Shown here one piece after another: positions 25,642-38,989 of a stretch of 64,000 nucleotides of DNA. The notes beneath the pieces are model-generated. The model ran no database searches. It saw only the letters and a list, made by a program, of their open reading frames with translations, and had not been told where the DNA came from. The translations under genes were made by a program, and so were the position numbers. Source of the stretch: Lingula anatina (lineage: Eukaryota; Animalia; Brachiopoda); assembly GCA_051362555.1 (NCBI GenBank), contig CM120647.1:16096651-16160650 (forward strand). Reading direction: 5' to 3'. Positions within the stretch are counted from its first letter, which is position 1; each line of letters begins with the position of its first letter.

Positions 25642-27983
25642 ACAAAACCATTACCGATCCGCCCCTGAACGCAAACATGGCTGACCGGACTCCGTTGGTG
25701 GGAGATGTGAACCCTGTATCTCTTCTCTTAAAGCCAATGGCACCAGCCAGGCGATACTGATCATTCTTAAATCCTGCGAACCAGTTGTTCTCGAAGTATA
25801 CCGCGTGATCGTAGAACAGAGCCCCTGTCACGGGCGTGTTTCTGAAAAAAGTTATACATTGTTAAGGCACTGTCACATTCAGCGCAAAGCAATAATATAA
25901 CGTATGAGAAAAAAGTCCCTACGCAGACAAACACAAGTGGGTTCTTGAGACTTACACTGTACGTCGTATACTATGTCTTAAGTACGCAGGCAAACGTTGA
26001 TGAACGTCCGCACAGAGAGAGAGAGATAAAATGTATTGAGTATAATGTAGTTCGAAAACATTTTCACATGCTGCTTTATATGTTCCATTTTCATACGCAG
26101 GAAAAGAAAAGGGTTCGTACGCCTTAAGTTGTGCATATAATAGATTTTAACTCTCTGTCACGCCTGGCGTGAATAGGTACTGCACGTATGATTAACACGC
26201 CTCCCCTTGTTTTGTTTCCAACGTACTCGTATAATCAGATGCTTTTCTGCTTTCTTCTCAAAGCCAGGAGGACGCGTGTTAATTAGTTAACCTGATCGCA
26301 TTCAGCAGGAACTCCCGCGGAGTTGGATCAATCTACATAGAACGATAGTTTCATTGGGAAAGTGCCCTACGATTTTCATCCCAGTCATCTTCAGTGCACT
26401 TACAACACATCCATTTCGAAAAAGGTCTGTCGTTATTGGAACCTACTTGAGACAAAACTACTCGATACAAATACTGATAATAAATATAATTAGCAATGAG
26501 TTCGGACAGTCGACTCTGAAAAACCACCTTTGAAATAACCGGCTGTAGACCGCTCTGAGACGAATCAATTTATAATGAATAATGGATTTCGGACTACATT
26601 GTATCTCAGGTACATCCCCATACCTCGTGAATGTCCAGCTAGCTAGACATAAAAAAACAAAACCTCCTTGCTAGAGGCTACATGGTAATTGAAACATCTA
26701 TAAATAACGATTCATCATAAATCACCGCAGAGATCTTGTATACACTGATACAAAAAAATAATTAATTTAGATTCAAATGCTCCTAAAAAGATCTACGCCC
26801 TGTACAATGTCCTAGGCTAGAAGGCAGGAGGCCGAGAGCTTGAACATTGTACCAAACACAGTAGAACTATATGGATGCATACAGCTATAGCTGATTCACT
26901 AGTATCTTATGTCATCCACTGATAAATAGAAAAACATTACATCAGTATTGAATATATCAATACAGGTACATTGAACAGTCAATAAAAACTCACATCCGCT
27001 GATCGGGCGTAGACCTTGGCAGGCGAATATATCTTCTGGTATTTCTGTCTAGAATCACAGCCGGTTCTCCGGTGTTGGCTGACTGGCCGACGAAGACACT
27101 GTCTCGCACATACTGTGGATAGGCTCCAGCTCTGAGGTGTACAAATGGACATCGAATATTAGACTGGGTTCCCATAAACTTATCGTACTATTATCGATCT
27201 AGCTCCGAGGCTATTCTCGCTAAATTGCATTCAGTTTAAGCTGCTTTAATGTCTGACACGCCCACCGAAGCTGCTGGGGGGGGGGAGACGGGGAGGGGTA
27301 ATTAACTTTCGTGCACGCTTAAACTGAACGCAATTTAGCGAGAACCCCCTCGGAGATCCTGCTAGCACGACAGGGTTAAGGGAATGGGCAGACCTCCGCC
27401 AAGTCCGCTTGATTCTCAGTATTAATGAATAAAGTTTTTAGTTATGTAATGGGCCACTGTTAAAATATCATCGAATTTTATGTGAGACCATGTAACATAT
27501 CCGGTCATATCCTGAAAATTTCTGAAAATCCGCCCATTACATTTGTGTTAGCTAACAAACTAATACTTATAAAAACATAATCTGACCTCCTTGCGGAAGG
27601 TATAATATGATTTATAATTTTTTTACCAGTTTACTAATATCTTATTCCATAAGACTGATAAATAAATTTAAAAAAAAAACTCTCAACGATAAACAAATAC
27701 AGATAGATCGAGTAGAGAGGTTATACATGTAGTTGGATATTCACTTACAATGCAAATGTCATGCCGCGTAGACTATCAGAGAAGCTGAAAAATATGGAAC
27801 AATATAGATCAAGATACATTTTCACGCACCTTGTTGAAATTACAGATGTAATGGTGTTGGAATATCCCCTCATTTAGCAAGATTGTAGGTACATGTATGA
27901 TACAATAAGACATTCACGTATTTATAAAAAATATTTGCGACTTTACTTAACACAATGGTAAGTCTCCTTCTTTTCATAGCACC

Positions 27984-28022
<39 letters not shown>

Positions 28023-31000
28023 ATCATGACACTCACGAGCACTGTGACATTCTCATAGGAGAACCACGGACCCAGGCATTCTGGATTTTGTTTTTGTAGC
28101 CGGTAAAATGAGAAAGCACCACCTCGTACGGAATCACGGTGTTATTTTCTAGAACTATCTCTGGCATGTAAGCGTTCCCTGTAGCAATGACCTCTCCCGC
28201 CTGTCCCAGAATGTTGTCAATCCAAAGACCTGCCTGTAGAAGAGAATCAAAGGATTGTGATGTAAAAAATGGTTAATTTATTTACTCAGAGAATTTTACA
28301 AGAAGATAAACACGCAGGGGTGAAGCCAGAGGAGGGAAGAGCGTAATCACGTGTGTCCCTACCCCCCCCCCCCCATCTCCCCCTCCTCTCCCCAAAGGAA
28401 AAAGTATAACAGGCAAAACAAGGCAAACCCCATTATTTTTCCATTGAACTTCACAGTTATTAATAAACTCAAAGACGGGTTTATATACCGTAAATTTTTG
28501 GATAGGGTTTACCTTGATGACATAGGGAAATTTTTGAATCTGAAATCAGAAATTCCCAGTGATTTTTAACAATAACTGGACATACATGTAGATTTAGCGT
28601 GCATTTTATGCTGAGAGAAAAAGAAAAACTTGATCACTGCCGTATAGCCAGTTCCCTTTTTTTTCTTTTTTTACGTGTACGTAAACCATTCCTGTAGACG
28701 CTGCACCCCCTCCATCTCCCCCCCCCCACACACACACACACACAAGTACAACGTATTTTAATGGCCCTAAAACCACGAAAGGTAGTTGAAGGTACTCACT
28801 AATGCGTTGGAATGGGCCACATTGTTTTCAAACTGTAGTAAAGGAGTCCTGGCGGCCTCCCCGAGAGCCATCAAACCCTTGCCCTGAGACATCCCTCTGG
28901 GTTCCAGGGGAAACACGTACATAAAGCCACGCCCCTAAAAGTGATGGACATGAATGTGTTAATGCTGAAATGTGGGAATGAACATATGAAACCACGCCCC
29001 TAAAAGTGATGGACATGTGTTAATTTATGCTGAAATGTTGGGGTAAATATATAAACCCACGCCCTTTTGTGATTTAATGTTGAAATGTGGGGGTAAATGT
29101 ATAAAGCTTCGCACCTTAAAGTGAGAAACGGACAAATTAATGTTGAAATGTGAGGGCAAACATATTGCCACGTCCTTTAAAGTGAGGAACATTTGTGAAT
29201 TAATGTTGAAGTGACGGATTAAAAACATAAAGCCGTAGTAGTGCATATGTAGTATTAGTATTAGCAGAAATGGTTAAGTAGTGGATGTGGTAGTTGTATG
29301 ATAATTATTATGAAGTTAAGAAAGTAATAGACGGGCGTCGAATTACGTAACGACCAAGCATATCTTACAACAGGAGTATATACAGCTAGTAAAATGTATG
29401 GGGGTTGCTGGAAATTATGTATAAAAAACTGAAGTTAAAAAAAGAAGAAGAAAAAAACGAAATGTTTACGATAGGTTTCTTACTTCTGATCCTGCGGCAA
29501 CGTTGTTTCTGCAATACACCAGTGGATTGGTAAACCAGAAAGACGCCGGTCTGGAAAAATCAACAAAGGCTTGTTACGAGATTTTTGTCTATTTTGGTTG
29601 AAATTAATAACCTCCCCATTCGGTGAAATATTGTAACAATTTGTAAATGAGGAACGCCATATTTGTTGTCATTTTTGATGTCTGAATCGGGCGATCAAAG
29701 AGGCGAGAAATTTGAAATTTAGCCGTTAAATATAACAATGAGACAAAATAAATATTATATATAACATTTGATTTCATCGTATTCCATTTACGGAAATGAT
29801 AAACTACCAGTGTCTGGCCGATAATAACCAGCACGTGTCTGGGAGACTGTCATTTACGTGGAATAATGATAATAAGTCTATAGATCTCGAATTTCAGTGC
29901 TGATGGTTATACATATATGATAAGCTATTTGATAAGGATATTGAAATGACTGTAGAAGTGCACTATACGCGTTTGAAAAAAAATTCCAAAGTTGAGGACG
30001 TTGCCTATGCCCTGTTGATTTCGTTCGTTGATTTCGACATGTAAAGCCTCGGTCACAACCGGCCGTACGGGCTCTTACGGGCTGTTTGCGTCCAAATTTT
30101 GCGCAGAATCTCACGTCCCACGCAAGTCCTTCTTACGCAATTTCGAGTTCGCAGACAGCCCGTAAGAACGTACGGAGGATGTTGGACATGTCCAAGAGAT
30201 TCTACGAATAGCCTGCGAACAGCGAGGCCGCAAGGGCAACTTGCTTCCTCGCACGGAGTTAGTAAAGGAGACGCACGCTGTGCAAGACGCACGTCGCAAG
30301 CAATGAAGGAGCAAGTCTCCTTTGCGTGTTGAGTAAGTGTGAAGCAAAACTGACGCAAAAGGGCACTACTTTCGCCGTGCGTTGCATTCCCTTCGTAAGT
30401 GGTGAGTGTGTGCCAGGTACACAGGAAGCAAGACATACTCAAGAAATGTGTACAATTTTTACGACCATCGTTCCTTGCATTTAGCGTCCCTGCCTGAAAG
30501 GACATCTCATGTGACCCTTGCGACTCGCAAGGCAGACTTTCCATTACCTCTACGACCTCTACGGCCTCCGCAACTCCCAAAAATCGCAGGGGACGTACGA
30601 TCCTGAAATTCGTGCGTCCAGTTGTGACCGAGGCTTTAGCTGCCTAAAGTGCTGCCATTATTATATGTGCAACTCACCTCATGTCAGACGGAAGGAGAGA
30701 ACCTCTCAGAGTCCCAAGGACAAGGTTTCCACCAAATTCATTGTATTTCTCTCCGCCATCCTCCAGGAAGAAACAATGGCCAAAGTGGAGGTACGCGACG
30801 TTGTCAGTTACCTACATCAAACATAGACATTGAATACGATAATTGCTGAACAACTATAACCAAAATGATAATGCAAATATACACGCCACCTTTCTTCCAA
30901 ACCAAAGCCTCGTTTGCACTGGCATTATGTTTTGCGTCTTCACAACTGGAATCGAGGGTTAGGGAATAACATACATGTAGCAATGCACGCAGTTATCGGC

Positions 31001-34000
31001 GTTTGCTGTTCCTTTTTTATATGTGGGGGGGGGGGGGAAGTCTGATGAAATACAAATAGACGGTCATTTCATGGAATTATTTAAGTGCAATTCTCTGTTC
31101 TTTTGCTATTCAGTGTTTCAAATATTCCCATGCTTTGATTTCCAAAAGCAATATATCATTAAATTTTTATGATACATTGTAAAAATGAAAGTGACGTTGG
31201 CGAGAGTCACGTTGTAATCGTAAATCACGTGCAGTAACTATGCCTTTGACGTTCTAATATATTTCTATATTTTTATTCATTCCTTTGTTTGTTCATTCCT
31301 TTATCTGTTTATCTACAAGTTATTGTATGTTATCGATTGATATTTTTTTTCAGAAGAGCCGTAGCTGATGTCAAATCTCGAAATTCTACTAATTTAGCAT
31401 ATTTTGTCCTTAATTCCATTCCAGGGCACATTATTGTCGTACCTGTACACATACATCTTTCAAGTATGATTTTTAAGATAATCCTCTCACCTTGACACCG
31501 CTGGTTTGATGGGTCGTCAAGCACCTGGAAAAGGTGTGGTGGATTGAATTCTGTGCCACTATGGCGTCAGTATTGTTTCCTCTCAAGTCCATGGCCATGT
31601 GAAAGTGAATCGGGTAAGAACCTAAAAAGGAAAGAGAGCTACTGCAGAGACTTAGCGGTGCGTTAGTGTATGTGTGTGTGTGTGTTTGTGTACATTTGTG
31701 TGTGTGTGTGTGTGTGTGTATGTGTGTGCGCGCGTTCAGTGTGTGTGCTTGCTTCACTGTTTGTGGGGTGAATGGGTTGTGTGTGAGCGAGAGTGCTTTT
31801 ATTTATCTAAAAAACCAAACATCCCATATATATCTGAGCTTATTCCAAGAAATTTCAGGTAGACTGAAGTACTTGGCAATGATGCAATCAAAATCTATAA
31901 AAATTTTGAAAATAGAGAAACGAAAAGTTGGACTTACCTTCAACACTCTGTTGGCCCAGATGAACAAATTCGACCCCTTGAACATGAAACGCTTTGAAGC
32001 CATGTACTACCTATGTGACGAAGTAAATATGTCATTTGGTGAAGAATATGTGCGACCAGATATAAGAAATGTATCATCATCACGGTTTTTGTATTGTTTG
32101 TGTTATAAAGTGTGAGACTGCGTTTTGTGAAGAGGCAAGCCTTACATATGTGTCGCGTATGACGTACACTACATTCATTACAGTACTGTAAGATAGTTAC
32201 CAGAAATAAACTTTAAAATGCTGAAGGGGAAACATTACAGCTAAGAAAAAAAGAGGACAGAAATTTCAGAATAAATCAATTATCAGACATGTAGATCTAT
32301 ATGACAATGTTTCAAAACGTGACGGCACTTCAACGTCACAGTGTCGTCTCGACGCCATAATGACGTCACGATGACGACAGACGGACGTCATCGACCTGCT
32401 TGACACTTACCATTATGTGCCCACCAAATGTGTCCAGAGAGAAAGCCTCACACTGGTTGTCGCCGTAGCAAGCGTCTGACATATCCCCCCGGACCACCAC
32501 GTTTCTGGTAAGAACGGCCACCTCCGCCCTCATGTCCACGTTGTTCTCGATGACCCCCCAGTGAGTGTAGAACAATTCCCCTGGAACACAATTCGTTGGA
32601 ATATAAACCAATTTACTTGACTCATTTTAGTATAGTGACACTGAGACACCGCACGGTGCACATCTTTGGTGATCGGTGTGACGTAATAGAGAGCCACCTC
32701 ATGATAGAGAGCCTGCATGTTTCCTATTCATTTGCATAGGAAGCACTATATACCCTATATTTTGATCCATTTACATCGGGCTAACCCTAACCTGTATAAC
32801 TGAATGGAAGGTGGACTCTCTATTAAATTAGCGTTTATCTACATTTTCACTTTATTTTCCTGCTGCAAAGGGCACTGTTTACAGGACCCAAAGAAGGCAC
32901 CATATTAATTGAGGTGGTATTTAAGTAAGGCATAAACTGACATCCCCCCCCCCCCCACACACACACACACAACTTACTGTTCAACTTTATCTGGTTAGAG
33001 GCGCATGTGGGGCAGCTCACCAATATCGGTTCCTCTGTTTGAATCCAGGGGTAATCAGTAGAAGTTACAATTATTCTGTCTCCTAGGTAACGAAATAAGC
33101 ATTATGCAAGTCAATAACACGTGTACAAATATACAAAAAACTGAAGAATCACACACAGACTAGTAAAAAAGTAGGTTTTGATCATGTCCATATAGTGACT
33201 ACGCTAGAAGAATCAATGCGAAGGCAATGAGGCAGTAATCTTCTCTTTCGCTTTGTTGTGTCTCCATGTCTTTCCCTAAAAATTTTACTTTTCATTAGAA
33301 ATATTGCCCAGTAAAAAATGGGCAACATTTCTAATGTCAAAGACTCTTATTAAGATGCTGAATAAAAATAATAATAATAATAATAATGGCAGTAAGAAGA
33401 AGAAGAAAAAGATGGAAAATATAGTAAAAATGAGCAAGGATAATGCATGTTAAATCTAACAAATAGCAAGAAAGCTTTCACATTAACAACAGCATCGTCT
33501 ATCCTGACGTCAATCTGTGACGTCAATACCCACCCGGCTTCCACGAGGACACGTCATCAATGACGTCAATAATAGGCTGAACGATTCTATCCAGCACGCG
33601 GAATCTGACGTAGTTAACGGCATCCTTGGGAGAATGGGGCAGCGTGATCCCACTCTGCACCGTGTAAATGAATCCCTGGTACTCCAGTGTGACGGGCCAG
33701 GTCTCGGTGTAGATAAACCCTTTTTCATTGGTCAGTTCCTCTTGAGAAAGATTTGGTTGCCCTGCGAGCGAAAAATTTGCATTTACTTATTTATTTATTT
33801 ATTTATTCATTTTTATCTCTTTATTTATTTATTATTTTTTGTCAGATAGAAAAAAAGACGCATTGGCCTTTGATAATAAATAATTGATACCCCCAAACTG
33901 ATTCTCTTTAATATACTGAGCATGTGCAAGATATTTTATACCTTGATTTGGGGCCAGATTTGTTAAAGGACAGTTTGATGGTCAAGCTTAGAAAACATGA

Positions 34001-37000
34001 GAGGGACAGTAATAAGCGTCTGTCCTATATACAGTGTATAGACATCAGTTCACAAACAAATTGTGGTTCACAAACAATCGCATTTACTTCAATGTATTGT
34101 AATGTAGCGTCGAAGCACATAAGACAAGATTCCATCTATCAATACACGCGTGTTTGTGCATTTATTAAAATCTTTTATAACAAAAATGTAAAAAAAAAAA
34201 AAAAAAGAAAAAAAAAGCAAAGAGCGAACGACGTTTGGCAGAGCGTCACTTCTGGACACGACTTGAACATGAAGTACCTGTGACGGCTATCATAGCCCAG
34301 GCGTTTCCTTCCTGATACTCCCCCACGTGGACTGCCCCTATCTCCTCCAGGGCGTTAATAGCCAGGGTGTAGTCAATGTCTAGACTTGTGTCGAATAACG
34401 TGGCTCTGGACGCTAACATGATAACTTGACCGTCGTTCACGTCTGAAAAATGGCAATCATTTTCTGAAACATTTATTTCCGATCGTTCCTCTTCAATACT
34501 TTCTATTCTTACTTATACGTTTATAAATTCATTTTTCGCTTTCTTTCTTTCTTTCTTTCATTTCTTTCTTTTTTTTTCTTATGCTGTTTACCTTTAAATC
34601 TTTTTATCAGAAGAACAGAGGAGACAAAGTTCAATTAGGTAATTTTACGGGTTTATTTTTTCTTTGTAATTTCTTTGTTTTTTTTCTTTAAATCATTTCT
34701 TTGTTTTTTTTTCTTTAAATCATTTCTTATTTATTTATTTGAGGAGAGAGGAGGCAAATTTCGATCATATTATCTTCATATGAATGGAATTTAAAAAAAA
34801 GTTCAGTAAGTTTATAGATCTTTATAAAATGAAATGTAAGAAAAACCAAAGTTTCATGAGAAAATAGCGGTAAGTTCAATCATACCTTACTAAATGACAG
34901 CACGAGGGAAATTATTTTAAGATATTTCAATTAATAAAGCGAACAATGTTTGAAGCTTTGAATATAATATTTTGATAAAAAGGAGAGGATTTTGTAACTT
35001 TTGCATATATATGCTGATAAAATTTTATTTTAATTTGAAATAATATATAGGGCCTATCTGCATGTGCTCTGCTCCCTATATCATAATGTATATAAAGGTA
35101 TAATATAAGGCTTCGTTCACATGGAAAGTCTATTTTCTAAAAATCTATTTTCTATTCGCGGTATATATTGTGATCACGGTCTGTGCCCTGAATATCCCGC
35201 GGCGTAATTACTGGCAGCGCGAGCCAGTTACTTCCAAAGCTGTAATTAATTCTCGGCTGTGCTCGCATTCTATTAAATCTCATCCTCCGTTGCCGCATCG
35301 CTTGCCATCGGATCATGACGGTTGCACTCGTATCTGTCGTGTGTATAGCTTCTTCATATTCTTCGTCTTGTTGTTGCACAAAATCGACAAACACATTTTT
35401 CGAAGAAACCGCGACCGCCATTAACTTTCTAACTTCCTACTGCGCATGCGTCAAGGTATCAGGATCTCCTCCGAGCACAGCGAATAGAAAATAGATTTTT
35501 AGAAAATAGACTTTCCATGTGAACGAAGCCTATTCTACTACTACTACGGCGACAATGCCTACCACTACTACTACTACTACTGTGTAGTCCATATGATATT
35601 TTCCAAAAGTTACAAAATAAACATTGTTTATAATGGCTGCTGAGTCACAGAACCAACATTAAATCATCTCCATGAAATATTCAAAAACTGGGAATGGGCA
35701 CTTCTTGGCCATGACGTAACTGCCAAGCGTTCCATCGCTTGCTACTGACAGCGCACAGTGTAACTACCTTTACAAAACAAACCAATATAACCTAAATAAT
35801 GTACAGGGGGCATAATGTTTTGACTATTGACAACGTACTGTAACTATCTTAACAAAACAAACCAACATAACATAAATAATGCACAGTGGTCCTAACGTAT
35901 AATGCACTAATTAGAAAGGCAATTTATAATTGTGAAATCCGTTATGAGTGTTCACCTTTTTGTCGTTAGCATAGACGACTTATTGGGTGGAGACTGAGAA
36001 ACCACGTGGCAGAGAATCCACCCTCCATGAGATTCATACAGGTTAGGGTTAGCCTGATGGAAGTCGGCTAAAACCATGCAGGATGAGGTTTACCTGTATA
36101 AATCATTGTGGACCGAACACTATATCACTGGAAACTCTCATGTACAGATTCAATGCGTCAGACTAGAATGCATGGTCAGTGAGAGACCTTAAAATCTGTA
36201 ACGACCCATTGGACATACTGTAGAATTAACTGACTACATGTGTTCTTCAGTCGAGATAAAAAGGTTCGCACTGCGGTAGGGTGCCCAATACTTGCCTCAG
36301 TGACCCACGTGCCATCCCCTTAGCTTTGTAGCTCAAGTCCTATTCCCCCACCCCAAACCCCCTAAAAGGGGGAGCAGCAAGTGGCACATGGGACTTACGA
36401 AGTACCTGTAGATGCTCATCCTTGTGCCCTACGGTACATATTATAGTAAAATTGAACTCTGTGTATACAGTCTTCGTTCGTCACAATTTACTGTGCCCCT
36501 CTCCCTTAAGCCTCCTTTACACTGGACGGCGTCCTTTCTGCATCCCGTAGTACGGCCCCGTTTGAGAGTAGAAATAATAATTGGCCGATCATTGAGCAGT
36601 CAATTTGCAACCAAATTGATGTTTGTGTCTCCTTTCTTCGACCACAGCGATGCCAGTTTTCTTGGTCGCACAAAGGACGCAGAAGGGACGCCGTCCAGTG
36701 TAAATCCCCGTACTACATGTAGTTAAAAACTTGTATAACTTGTATACATGTAAGTGAGTCAGAAAAGAATTTCATCAGCTGTGCCTATGCTTTACCGAGT
36801 AAGAATAAAATTGTGAATTTTTTCTTCAATATTAGCTGTAAATTGAAGTAAAATTATTAATTCATTCTTAGTACAAGTAACGAATCTACCCGGTAGTTAA
36901 TGAATATGCGGGTCGATACAACTTGTATAATTGCATTTATCTGCGCAGTTTGTCCTTAATATTGGACACATTTAATTGTGTTAAAATATACAGCAGAAGG

Positions 37001-38941
37001 GTTGAAACCATGGAAAATTAAAACAAAGACATATGCTGTCGTATATAAGTCTGAGCAGAAGTGTTTGATTAGAGTAATCTCGTTAGAAAACTATTAAATA
37101 TTAAAACTGAATCATATTTCATTACGTACACACATGAAGTGAGTGTTTGCAAATTTAGGTGGAATTATTTTAATGACATAACATCACTTGAAGGACATAC
37201 GTGAGTCGCATTCAATAGCTCCTATGAATTTTTAAAACGGTAACATGAAACCAATTTTCTTTCGTCTTGTCGCACAAGGACTGGAAATCTGTTCGATCCC
37301 TCATTTTATGCATTTCTCATTATCCATCTGTTTCATTGGCACGTCTTTGACACGTGACGTAGGTGTAAGTGACAAGACGTCAGTAATTGGTAGCCAGGTA
37401 CATTTAATAAAGTGACAATCACGCAGCTGCGGAAAATAGAGCATGTAGCAAGTGCTAGAGAGGTTTCTGGGGAGCATTCTGCGGTGAAAGGCTAAGGGTG
37501 CATTCCCAATGACACTATCGGTCTACGCAGATCGACCCAATTCCGCAGGGATTCTCGATGAATGCATTTACGTAAACTGATAGCAACCTCTCAGTGGCGC
37601 CATCTCTTGGAATACGCCCAGGTCACGTGGCCTACACGTCTCAAATTAGATACGCCACTGAAAATGCGTGTATGCTTTAAGATATTCAAGAGGGAGAGAT
37701 GGTACACAATAACAGCTGATTTTCCAAACATCACAACAAGACCTTTCTTCCGAGCATTCCAAATGGTGTCTTATCTTTCTCTACTGTGTTTCCATGGTCG
37801 CATTCACAACCGAAGTTCATGCACGGACTAACAGATATGACCTACCCACTTGGTTGCTTGCCTCATGATCCCCTCGGAGAATCTTTTGGTTGTCTATTAT
37901 GTAAGACCCCATTCCCACAGATTTTACATCGATCTATCCCCGTGGGGAGTCTCACTAGATTACTGTCACCTTAGCCGGTTTAAACGTCTGTCCCGCCTAC
38001 TAAAAGCTGTAAGGGGGAAATAAACTTCCGTGCGCGGTCGGCTGACAGCAGTTTAGCGTGAACCCTCAGGGTGTTAGGTCGATCTAGTTGGATCGATCTA
38101 AATCTCTGGGAATGCGCTCTTAGAGGATTATGCAGAAAGTTTTCAAGAGGGTCGGCCATATCTGATTCGCAGATCTGTTAGTCCGAGGAGCAACGAATTG
38201 TGAAATGCGCTCCATCCAACAAGGAGTAACAAACACCAAAAAAAAAAAAAAAAAAAAATCTGAGGTTTTGCAAAGGGCGAACTAGATAATTTTGTACAGA
38301 ACCCGTCCTGAAAGGATTAATCAGTTCACATTGTAAGAATTATCAAACATGCCATAACCGCAATGATAATCTCAATTTACAACATATACATGTACATGTA
38401 TTATAATATAATACATAATGTGGATATAAGATATAATAATTAACAATATCCTGAATCCAAAATATCCCGCAGGGGGAATTGAGATACAGAGACAAACGAC
38501 ACTTACTTAAAGATCTTAGAAAGTTGGGCAGTTTTTTCTCCATATGTTTCCTCCTGTTGTAACGGAAGTGCCGGAAATCTACGGGAGTGCCTGTGGCAGG
38601 GTCCATCACGTAGACATATAGGCCAGGAATACGAATGTGCCAGTTTACTTCCTGAAAATATTCCATGACAATACAACTTAAGACATGATCCAAAATGTTA
38701 CCCCACCGCCAGTGGCGGATTTGAGGGGGGGGGGAGATTGAGGAAGTTGCAAGGAGACAGAGAGAACCCAATAGGCACGTGATTTCACTCGTAACTGAGA
38801 AAGATCTCTCATTCTTTCCTCTCCCCTCCATCCCTCTCCACCCCCCTCCCCAAATATCATAAAAAAAGAAGAAGACGAATGAGAATCGGTATACAGAGCG
38901 AAACTTAAACTAGATTAAAACCAGCAGCTCTAAATATACAG

Positions 38942-38989
<48 letters not shown>

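Noticed and set aside
30053-30606. 175-aa and other ORFs inside the 30.0-30.6 kb element
   Set aside because: No transposase motifs; expected by chance in a GC-richer MITE interior.
34443-38506. Possible extra CEMIP-like exons or a nested gene in the 4-kb intron
   Set aside because: The flanking exons already join in phase, and the content is MITEs and short duplications with no convincing coding signal.
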